In this document: positions 49,224 through 61,800 of the stretch, piece by piece | Layout of the letters: each line of letters starts with the position of its first letter | Numbering within the stretch: the first letter of the stretch is position 1 | Made by a program: the position numbers and the translations under genes | Assembly (NCBI GenBank): GCA_964016885.1 | Contig: OZ024748.1 | Coordinates: forward strand, 10,602,001 to 10,666,000 | Direction of reading: 5' to 3' | Source: Eledone cirrhosa | Taxonomy: Eukaryota | DNA: 64,000 nucleotides | The notes under the pieces: model-generated | Told to the model about the DNA's origin: nothing | Database searches by the model: none | What the model saw: the letters and a program-made list of their open reading frames with translations, nothing else

Positions 49224-50353
49224 TGGTTACCTGAACAGATCATTTATTTGAGATGATAATACATCTTTACATCTATTCACTTCTTCCAATGACTTTGTTT
49301 CAATATTATTATTATATATAAACTATATATATATATATTATTATATATAATATTATTATTATTATATAAACTTTGTTGCAAGGCCAGTAATTTTAGATTA
49401 GGAGAGTGATCTGCAGCCAAATGAATTATAAACCTGAATTATGATTTTTCAGTCTGACACATATGACATAATTCTTTAGATTTTATAAAAATTAAAACAA
49501 AATTTCTTTTATCATGTAACTCAGAACTCTGTATGTCTGTGTGATATCTCATCTGTTGACAATTTTAAAACAAAAGAAAAATTATAAATATTATATTTGT
49601 TATGCATAAATTTCATTGTTCCCTATATTTATTACTGTGTAAATGTATATATATATAATTAAGAGTTGGGACTCCGATTGCTGAGCTCTTGCCATTATAT
49701 ATATATATATTAATATAATATATATATATATATATACATATATTTATAATATTCATATAATATATATATATATATATGATATTCAAATAATATATATATA
49801 TATATATATGATATTCAAATAATATATATGTATATATAATATTCATATAATATATATATATATATATGATATTCAAATAATATATATGTATATATAATAT
49901 TCATATATATTGAAGAGTGCTCTTTTCAGGCATTTTTGCCTTACCTTTTGTTGCCACACTTAATGCATTATTTCTCTTCTCTTATATCTTATCTGATCAT
50001 TCTTAGTCTAGCCAAACTAAGTGAATTCACTGAGGAGATCTAATAAAACAGAAAAACATGTTTGTTGCTGTCACCAAGTGGGTCTTGTAGACAAAAAAAA
50101 TCTACTCCCAGTGCATTGTCTTAGATTGTTCCGTAACACTTGGAACAGCCAAGGCTACATATAAGTGTTCTCTTCCTTGCTTGCTTTCTATCATTTGAGC
50201 ACCTCTAAAGGGAGTTTTAATCATGAAATGGTGAGGATAGCCTCAGTTGATTGAAGGACTTTTTCCTACTCACCATATTCAGACAGCAAGACTATTTGTT
50301 TGTGTGTACACACACATATATACATATATGTACATATATATCTATACATATAT

Positions 50354-50394
<41 letters not shown>

Positions 50395-52019
50395 TATACA
50401 TCCTTATTCTCAGTCCTTACCTCCATTCCACCCTCCTCCTCCTCCCATCTCTGATACTGTTGAATAAACGTACTTTAACTAACATACTCTTTCATATTAT
50501 GTACTTTTCAGTACTACAAAGTACTCCTTAAAAATACTCTGTACCCCTTTTGTTTTATTTTTGGTTAAAAACAAATCTAAATTATCTTTAAATTTTCACC
50601 CTCATCATCTTACCCCCTCCCCCTTCATTTCAAATAGAAAACTTCTAAAAAAAATAAAAGCAATTCTTTTTTATTTTGTTGTTGTTGTTTTTTTTTTCCT
50701 CCAAAATATTTCTATCGATCCATCCATAGATTGATTTATCAAATTTCAAAATTGAGAAATAATGAAAATATAAAATTAAATTATGAAACTGCTTCTGATA
50801 TTTGAAAATCTGAAAAAATAAATATACTGTTAACAAAATCTGAAAAATTCAGAAAAGTTTGAAGAAAAAAAAAAAAAAAAAATAATTTATTGAGTAAATA
50901 AAAATATAAATTGAAGAAATCAAAGTTATGTTTGTTGTTATTGTTTTATTTTTGGTGCTATTGTTAATGTTCATCATCATGATAATGGTGGTTGTTTAAC
51001 CATAGGTCAGCCTTGACTAAACCGACATGATGAAAATCATTGGAAGTAACCTTTTGGAGGCTGTGGCACTTTTGGTCTATTGCATTGAAAAGGGGTGAGG
51101 TTAACCTCAAAGACAACATGGGGTAACCACAAAAACTCCATCTACAACACTGCTTTATCTCTTTAAGATGAGAGGTCTTTTTGACTTTGATATCAACAAG
51201 AAAACTCATATATATTTTCTATGGTACCATTCTTGATTGTCAAGTTCAGTCTAATTGAACTAAGCATTCCTTGTAAATTGAATACCAAAAATCTGTTCAG
51301 ACATTGCTACCCCAATGAAATGACCCCAGACACTGATCATTTTGAGGTCCCAGTAGACAGAATGGAGAAAGCTTTGCCTCAGGATGATGAGCATGGCCAG
51401 ATATACCATTGTGCTTAGGTGTGCTTAAGCACAGGACCCCGTTGGTGAGGGTGATGTTCTGAAATAACCATTCCAACTTATGGGGCTCACTGTGGATGGA
51501 CCAACTCTGGTGGTTTAAGGACTAGGAATTCTGGAAGTCTCCACTGCTACAGGTTTGATGATAAACTTATCGGAGAGCAGCCGATATAGGACAGCTAGTG
51601 ATCTTTGGCTTGTCAGGCAACAAACAAACCCTGAGTCTGTCCCTGAATGCACTAGATGGGAAGGTGTAATTGGAAGGAAACTTAGCTGCTATTTCTAGCA
51701 TGTCGAGTGGCTACATAGAGGCCCTTTTGTTACCTTGCCCTGTAAACAGTCATTTTATAGTGACTTGTAAAGACTAGTATTTAATCAATGAAACCTTGTC
51801 CTGTGGGTGATTTCTGGAGCCACGATAACTAATGTAGTTCATGACATACCTACTGAAAATCTGCTGCAAAATGTATTTCTAGGACTACAGAATCATACCA
51901 CAGTTTGTTATATGTAATAACGGTGAATATAATGGAAAATCAACAATTTCAACAATAATTTTCACTTATTCTTTTCATAAATTATTTCAACCGTATATAG
52001 AACTAAAATTATAAAAATT

Positions 52020-52275
52020 TAGCTTTAAAAGCGCATAAAACTGTCGTCATATTTATATACAGAATTCGAAACCGCATCGTACGGTCACCTAACAGAGAAA
52101 ATACCTCATACCTCTCTTTCTTTCGCTTTCAACGGTTGTCACATGAGTTACCGTTATTAGTGGAACTCTTCGTTGTTTAAGCATCGTATGGCGCAGCTTT
52201 TGAAGCGTGTTCAGACAGCTCATTGTGACCAGCAGCGCATGGCTTACACATTGTTATACAGAACTTCGCTAAAAT
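52020..52275 (+). promoter_or_regulatory. Probable RTTN promoter/5'UTR
   Basis: Locally CpG-rich, repeat-free, immediately upstream of exon 1. Confidence 0.5.
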
Positions 52276-52330
52276 ATGCCCGTTCTTCTCCGGGACGATG
52301 TGGACTTTGAAAGGATCTTTCAAAAGCTCG
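52276..52330 (+). CDS. RTTN: RTTN exon 1
   Basis: MPVLLRDDVDFERIFQKL|gtatgt in CpG-rich region. Confidence 0.8.
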
Positions 52331-52763
52331 GTATGTTCGTTAAAATATTAACTGTTATGTCACTCTAAGAGAGACAAAACAGGGTTTGAAGTTAAGGTGG
52401 TCGGTTACTTTTGGTTCCTTATTATGGTAGATTTTCTGTCTCAACATGTTTATATATCTCTCCAACTCAAAACATTGATGTAAAAATTACTTTTATATTG
52501 ATATTACTAATGTTTATTATTGTGTCCTCTATATATATATGTGTGTGTGGGACAGCCACGGTTGGAAAACCAGGAAGTACTTAATACATTTAAGGTGCAC
52601 ATATTCTCTCTCTCTCTCTAATATAATATAATATAATATAATATTATATATATATATATAATATAATATTATATATATATATATATATATATAATATAAT
52701 ATTATATATATATAATATATTATATATATAATATAATATTATATTATATATATTATATATTAC

Positions 52764-52796
<33 letters not shown>

Positions 52797-53932
52797 ATTA
52801 TCGAGAATCGAAACTCCGGCCCACGAAATAACGAAAAACAATCTTCGAAATGTGCGGCAAAGTGCTCAATGGTTCGGATGAACCAGGGCTATAACTAACT
52901 ATATATATATATATATATTTAGGGAGCTGCTTCCTCTGTTGACGAAGAAGGGTTTCTCCCTGTGTACGAAAGGCCGGTTGTATGATGCCTGTGTGAGGAA
53001 CGCGATGCTGCATGGTAGTGAGACATGGGCAGCAACTGCAGAGGATATGCGACGGCTGGGGAGAAATGAGGCAAGCATGCTCCGTTGGATGTGCGTGAAC
53101 GACCCAGCATAAATGTGTTGAGAGAGAAACTGTGTCTGAGAGGGATAGAATGTAGTGTACGGGAGAGGAGACTGAGGTGGTATGGACATGTGATGCGCAT
53201 GGAGGATGACCGATGGGTGAAGAAGTGCCAGGAAATGCCAGTTGAAGGAAGACGTGGTAGAGGTAGACCACGAAAAACATGGGCGGAGGTGGTGAGAACA
53301 GACCTCAGATCATGGAAGCTCAGGGTGGAGATGACGAAGGACCGTGACGAGTGGAGAGATGCTGTGCTGAATAAGACCCGTCCCACCCTTGCAAGCAGGG
53401 AAAAGCGGACGTAAAATGATGATGATATATATATAATATAATATATTATATATATATATATAATATAATATTATATATATATATAATATAATATTATATA
53501 TATATATATATATAATATAATATAATATTATATATAATATAATATAATATTATATATAATATAATATAATATTATATTATATTATATATAATATTATATT
53601 ATATATAATATTATATTATATATAATATTATATTATATATAATATTATATTATATATAATATTATATTATATATATATATAATATTATATATATATATAT
53701 ATATAATATATATATATATAATATTATATATATATATATATTATAATATATATATATATAATATTATATATATATATATATAATATATATATATAATATA
53801 TATATATATATAATATTATATATATATATATATATAATATTATATATAATATAATATATATATATATGATATTATATATATATATATAATATATATATAT
53901 ATATTGAATATTATATATATATATAATATTAT

Positions 53933-53966
<34 letters not shown>

Positions 53967-54047
53967 ATATTATATATATATAATATTATATTATAATATA
54001 ATATATATATATATATAATATTATATTATAATATAATATTATATATA

Positions 54048-54099
<52 letters not shown>

Positions 54100-55520
54100 T
54101 ATATATATAATATTATATTATATATATATATATATATAATATTATATTATATATATATATAATATAATATTATATATATAATATAATATTATATATATAT
54201 ATAATTGTTTCTACTATTGGCACAAGGCCAGAAAATTACCCAGTACATTACTGGTACTTTATTTTATCGACCCCGTAAGGATGAAAGGCAAAGTTAACCT
54301 TGGAGGGATTTGAACTCAGAATGGCAAGGGCCGTAACTCTATGCGTCAAAGCATGGCGTCCGAACCTCTACCGAGGTTCGGACGCCATGCTTTGACGCAT
54401 TATATATATATATAATATAATATTATATATATATATAATATAATATTATATATAATATAATATTATATATAATATAATATATATATATATAATATTATAT
54501 ATATATATATAATATTATATATATATATATAATATAAAACAATTATATATATATAATATAATTACATGAGGCAAATTTATAACCGAATCTTCGAAGTCAC
54601 TTCTAGTGTTTTCTTTGGAAAATAAAATATTTACCCTGCTCCATGTACCGAGTACTAATTGAGTTAATGTTTGACTATTTCTATGTATGGCTATACATAA
54701 ACCCCACTCCAATAATTATATATATATATATATATATATATAAGGAAAAGAAATTGAAAATGCAACTGGAGTCTTATGAGAATATTTATTTATTTACTTT
54801 ACCGGTTTCACAGTTCTTATGCTTTACAAAAGTAAAATTGAGATAGAGAGTTTGTGTTTCTGTTGTAGTTTGTCTCACATCTTATATATATGTGTGTGTG
54901 TGTGTTAGTTTGTCGGACTATTTGTTTCTTTTGTGTAGGGAATGTGTAGGGAGTCATTACATAAGCTGTATAATGATAGGAAAATGTTATTCAGCCCAGA
55001 GCAGTATTGACCCAGTAGAGCTATAATCAACGGTGTCCAAGCCATAAGCAACCGGTCGTATTTTTTTCTAGTATATCATCTCAGGTGCCTTATTCTTTTC
55101 TTAAGTTGGATAGAGAGTGATATGAGGAACATTTGGCTGCTACATCAAGCGACCATATAGAGGCTCCCTCGTAGAAGCAATAGGTAAGGTATTAGTGAAG
55201 ATAGATAAAGAAGCTGGCTGTATGTACATTAAACTAAGAACGAAAGCTAAATTAATTTGGTAGATTGTCAAAGAAAGAGATAAATAAACAGCTAGGTATA
55301 TGGCAAAGTAAAAGGACGGCATTTAATTCAATTGTTAATTGGAGAGATTGAGAGAGCCAGAAAGGTGGATTTATAAATAAACAAACAAGTGACAGGTATA
55401 CCTATAAGTTGACCGAGATAGAGAGAGAGACGAGCACACCTAGAATCTGGTTGCCATGGGGGTGATGAGATAGGTTTTACCTTATTCTGTATACGCGACA
55501 GAGATAGAGTATGTGTGTGT

Positions 55521-55557
<37 letters not shown>

Positions 55558-55824
55558 TATACATAGTGTTGTCCAAAATTGTATACACACTTCAACAGCA
55601 TTCTAATAAATATATGTATATATTTTGGGGGGGACACCCTGTATAAATAATAGTTCAGAAAGTCGGTTAAAATACCCTTGGTGACCGAAAAAGTGGACTG
55701 AGGCACCTACGAGGAATCGACCATCTCCCTGAAGACTTTGTCCACTTTTTCTTTCTCCATGTGTACTTGACTCAATTTTCCCAACTATTTATAGTGAACG
55801 ACTACTATTTTGCTAGTCCCGTTA

Positions 55825-55861
<37 letters not shown>

Positions 55862-58800
55862 ATCTGTCAAAAAGTTAGGATACTTGTTGATAATGACTCG
55901 TTTTTTTTCAATGGTTCATTGTTAGTATACTGTTCATAGTTATGGATGAAGTGAAAGTTGTATAAATTTAACTCAGCGGGTAGTGTTGATAAAACAAGCA
56001 ATTAGTAACCACAACTGTTTAATACACACACATAATCATTTCATGTCTGTTCTCCCTGCTATATATAACCACACATACATACACATTATATAATAAAATA
56101 TGTCAGTGTTGGTGCAAAAATTATTTATATTGATTTCTATATTAGATGATGTTTTACTGGATATTTAAGGTCCTTTCAATATTAGGTTGTTTCAGTACTT
56201 GGTCTTAACCTGGAGAAGAGAGAGAGAATGTGGAACTTTTGATATTGTTTGTCACCTGTTGACTAACTCTGCTTCCCTATCAACTGTCTCTACCTTGCTA
56301 TTAGACAAATATGCCACCTGTTCACTGACACTACATCACTACCAGACACACACATATCACCTGTCCACTGATTATTATCACACTAACACATACATGTTAC
56401 CTGATCACCATTCACTGTTATGCCAACATGTCACCTGTTTGCTGTCCTCTACCTCACATTATGATTATAAACCCAATACCCCAACCCACAAGGTCACACA
56501 CACACACACACCTTCACTTTTATACTCTACCCTGTGTTTAATGTGTAAATTTCATTTCCTACCTCTTCAGGGCATGAACTGGAAGAGATCCGAGTCCGAG
56601 CATTAAACAATATCATCAGTAAACTGAACTATGGACTGGTCTGTCTGTCGGACCTGGTCCAGGAGAAACACCTGTTTATTCGTTTATTGGAATGGTTCAA
56701 CTTCCCCAGTGCACCGATGCAGTCGGAGATACTTGGACTTCTACATCAACTATCTGAGGTATAATAGCCAGGGTCCACCCCTTGACTCCTTGCCTTACCT
56801 TTATTTCTTTGTTTGTTAACCCTATCATTACCATATTTCTAATGAAATATACTGCTTTAGAATGTTCAAGAATCCCACTAAGGGACCTCTTGATTTTTTT
56901 TCTCTCTCTCAGGTTATTGTATATAATAATATCTATTATAATTTTCATTAAAATCTTATCTGTTAATTAATACATTGTTCTTTGCTAAGAATTCTACTGC
57001 CTGTGAGAGTCTGCGAGAGATTGGTGCTATAGACTTCTTGTCTCATCTACGTATGGACTCTCCCACATCACTGAAGGCTAAAATTGACACAATACTCGAG
57101 AATTTGATGAAGATCCCAGATTTAGATCTGAAATCCAATGGCTGTGAACACATCCATTACCAACAGAGCTGCTTTGGTGAGTTTACATTACTATATTTTA
57201 ATATATTTCAGGCAGAGCTTGGATGAGCTGAGGGAGAAGCTGGGTTAAGATGAATCTGAAGTGGTGTGAAGTGGAGAGAAGACTGCATTGGTATGGACAT
57301 ATGATGTACATGGATGATGTTTGCTGGGTGAAGAAATGCCAGGAAATCCCAGTGGAAAGAAACCTCAGTAGAGGTGCACTAAGAAAGATTTGGGCAGAGG
57401 GGGTGAGAGCTGATCTCAAATCAATGAGCCTAACAAAGGAGATGAAGGAATGCGACGAGTGGAGAGATATTGTGCTGAGAAGGACCCATCCAACTCATGC
57501 AAGTGTGGAATAACATGTAAAAACAATGATGATATTTCCTATTCATTGTCACTCCAAGTACAGATGATTCCATCCATTACACCCTTCAGCTTTTCCTAAC
57601 TTTCTCTCTATAGAGCTATCATCCACAAACAGCAAGCACACTTCATTTCATTAGACATCCATGAAGAAAGACCATAACCCTTTCATTACCATAATTTTAA
57701 TGAAATAGACCGTATTAAAATGGGTGGACTGGATAGCTGACAGTTAAGTGCCTCGGTCACTAAAGTACAGTGAAATATACCACATTGTGGTAGCTACTTA
57801 CAGCTAGGTAGACTAGACTGTTGACAGTTAAGTGTCTTGGTCGGGGAGACTGTACAGTGAACTATATCACACTATGGTACCTACTTAATTGTTGACAGTT
57901 AAGTATGACCTGGTCATGAACACAAGACAATATTGGTGACATAATATTAACCAGTGACCTCAAGGTTTTATTTGTCTAGTAACTTATCAATGAAGCCTCT
58001 CCTGGGTCTAACCATTAGAATGTATTATATTATAGATCCAGACACTAATGCTGATTCCTATGGTCCACAGACAGCTGACAATAACATGGGTGATGTGGTA
58101 TATGAAGACAATCCAGGTTCTAATCTAACTAGGTTAAAACCAGGCTCAGGTACAAACTTCCATTTTTATATAATAATAATAAATAGGCACAAGGCCAGCA
58201 ATTTCGAGGGAGCATTACTGGTGTTTTCTTTTATCAACCTCGTAAGGATGAAAGGCAAAGTTAACCTCGGTGGGATTTTAATAATAATAATGAAAATTGT
58301 GTACAGTGCTCAGGTGCACTACAACTCATCAAAGGTGCATGTGTAGTACCTAGAATAATGTACAAATGTCAAGAAAGTGAACAGTGTATGAGTCATGATA
58401 TACACACAGACACATGCATGTGTATCGAGGGGGAATATCAGATGTGGTGTTGGTGAATTTCGGGAAGCATGGAATATGTAGTAAAAACCACAGAATATAT
58501 AGTAAGTACAAATTAAAATGAATTGTTAAAGGGCTTTAATTATTATTATTATTTCAATAATAATAGTGTCGGACAATATGCTTTATGGCATAGAGTTACG
58601 GCCCTTTACATTTGAAGTTCAAATCCTGCTGAGGTTAGTTTTGCCTTTCATTCTTACAAGGTCAATAAAATAAAGCACCAGTAATGCACTGGGGGGGAAC
58701 CGATTTAATCAACTTTCCTCTCTCCTCAAATTATTGGCCTTGTGCTTAAATCAGAAACCAATATCATCATCATCATCATTGTCATCACCACCACCTCCAG

Positions 58801-61800
58801 CAGCAGCAGCCAGTTTATTGAAAGATAGCTGAGTGTAGTGAGCATGGTTCCATTGTGGTTAATAAAGAAATCATTATCATCATCATCATCATCATTGTTA
58901 TTATCATCATCATCGTTATCATCATCATCATCATTATCATCATCATATTAGTATTGTTATTATCATAAATTATCTATTCTAGGGTTTACAATGAGAACGT
59001 TTCCTTGGCTGACATTAACTCAGACTGACCGACATGTTTTGTCCTCTACATACAGGTAAGTCATCAATAACCAATAACCTATTGATTATTGGTTGGTTTT
59101 TCATCATAACTTTTCACATCTGTTTCCTCACACTTATATGGGGATATTTTTATTATAATTTACTATCTATTGTTTCCAATCTCTGCCCATGTCCTTCTTG
59201 GTCCTCCTCTACCATGACTTCCTTCCACTTGAAACTCTTGGTTCATCTTCACTCAGTGATTACCATCCATCACTGTTTGACATTCATTTTTTTCCCCCTC
59301 TAACATGGGTTAGATGAGTTATCCTGCTGTGAGCAATGCCAGGTCAGGTGATCAAGTCTTGCTCATACAGAAATGATTTTGACTAGGTTTCTACAGCTGG
59401 ATACCCTTCCTAACGGTAACCACATTTACAGTGTGTACTGGGTATCGTGTCATCTACATGACCACTTTAGTGTGGGCCGGGTACTTTTTGTCATGACGCC
59501 TATACGACGACTTTACAGTGTGGGCCGGGTACTTTTTGTCATGACGCCTATACGACGACTTTACAGTGTGGGCTGGGTGCTTTTTGCCATGTCACCTACA
59601 CGACCATTTTACAATGTAGACTGGGTGCTTTTTGTCGTGACACCTACACAACCAATTTACAGTGTGGACTGGGTGATTTTTGCCGTGTCACCATCCATAT
59701 CTGTTACATATCCATAAACCAGCACAGTCTTCTCTCCTGCACACAACATCTGATTCATTTTATGCTCAACTTTTCTCTCAGCTCATCCATACGTTGGACA
59801 GTCATGCACATCAAGATTTCTGTGAATTTTCCACATTAGAATTTCCACTGGATTTGTAGAACAATGTAGAACTATATTTAATCCCATTCTTTCAGTTTAT
59901 TCCAGAACAAAGACCACTATGAACTGTCTAGCACCTGTGAGTTTCTCCGAGATGTTGTTTTTTATGATTTTCCTGCTGAAATTTTCCTCCAGAGACCTCA
60001 TATTACTCAGGTACAAATATTCTCTATAATAGTCCAAACATGTTTTGTGTTGTGAGTGAGAGAGAGGAAGAAGGACTGGGGGAATTTTAATCGACTATTC
60101 CCTTACTAAAAATTTCTTCTAGAAAATTATAATTTTTCTTGTTGTTGTTGTATCTGCTGTATGTATCTGGTTTTGAATAGTTACACCATAGAAGATTATA
60201 TACGGTTTCTTTTGATATATTTCTTTTTTTAAATTAATTTCTGTATTTATTTCATTTTCTAGGGTCTTTTAGAAGTCTTGGTGCTATCTTGCAAAAAAAT
60301 ACCTCCCTCTCTCGACTATAATACTTTCTTAAACCAGCCAAATTTACTGATTCAAGCCAGTCGTACATTGGAAAATCTAACTAGTTGTTTGCACACAAGG
60401 TTAAAATATCACCAGGACCCAGCTTTTTACACTCCCAAACCAGGTTAGTTGAGTATTTTATATTTCGTTAACCCCCTCTGATGAGGAGGTGGTGGTGTGT
60501 GGTCTAGTATTAGGATGTTGGGTTTACGATCATAATGTTGTTTGATTCCTGGACTAGGTTGTGTGTTGGGTTTATGATCAAAACACTTCATTTCATGTTG
60601 CTTTAGTACAGACATAGGAAAATGAATACCAGTAATAGCTGGATTTTAGCCTAATGATGGATTGGTGTCATGTCAGGGAGAAGTCTTGTATTTTCAGTCA
60701 CACAATGTTAATGAAACCAAGATAAACACTGGCCTGATGAGTCTCTGGGCTAAGGAAAAAAAAACAACCCTCTGATACCAAACAGCATGAAACCATGAAA
60801 ATATGGTAATGAAAGGGTTGAGCAACCCTTGTCCTCCCCTACATCAGTATGGTTTCTCTTTACAGAAATGTGGTCAAACATCTCAACATTATCAGTGCCT
60901 TCACCAAATGGATCGACTTTCAGCCATTCCATACATTCCAATGACACCCGCTTCTCTGCTTTGGGTAAGAGTGATTCCCGTTGTACAGGTGATGGTAGAG
61001 ATGGGGACAGTTCTATGTCTTCAGTAGAGAGGTAAGCTATCACATTCTTAGAGTTTTTTTTTTTTTTTTTTTTTTCCGTAGTGCAATGGATAATGCGCCT
61101 GACTACGGATCAGAAGATTCCAGGTTTGAATCCTAGCAAGCTCGAATTTTTTAAGCATGTAATGAAGATGAAAAAGAGAGAGAGAAAAAAAAAAAGTCCT
61201 ACCCATGCTAGCATGGAAGATGGACATTAAACGATGATCATGATTGTCTATGCAGATTCCTGGCCCATGTCAGAGGTCAGTAGCCTTGCTTGAATACTGG
61301 CTTAGTCTGTGACAACCCATCTAATCCTTGCAAGCAGGGAGAACAGATGTTAAATGAAAATGATGTTGATGATGTTTAATCAGAGACCCTCTATGACCCT
61401 TTTCAGGGCTTCCAATACCAGTGGAAGGAAAGAAGGAACTTCATTATTTTCAAAATTAACTAATGGGTCTTCTCTTCACATATTTTCTGGAAGGGTTTTT
61501 TTTTTCATTGCAAATGTTGTTGAGAGTGTGAATAGAAGGGGAGTGGTGATGAAGAAGATGTAAAATGAGAGAGTAATGCCATGAGTATGATGTGGGGGGG
61601 GGGGGTAGAGGAGGGTGCTAAGGCATAAAAAGAAAGAAAATTTAAAGAAAGAAAAAAAGAAAATTTAGCTTGAGAAGAAAGAATGGAATGTAAAATAGGA
61701 AAATATAAAGAAGAGAGGAAAAATGGAAAAGGGAGGGAATGGCAAGAACTCTAGTGTCACAGAAGAATGGGGAGGGGAAGGATGTAAATTCTAATGTGGG

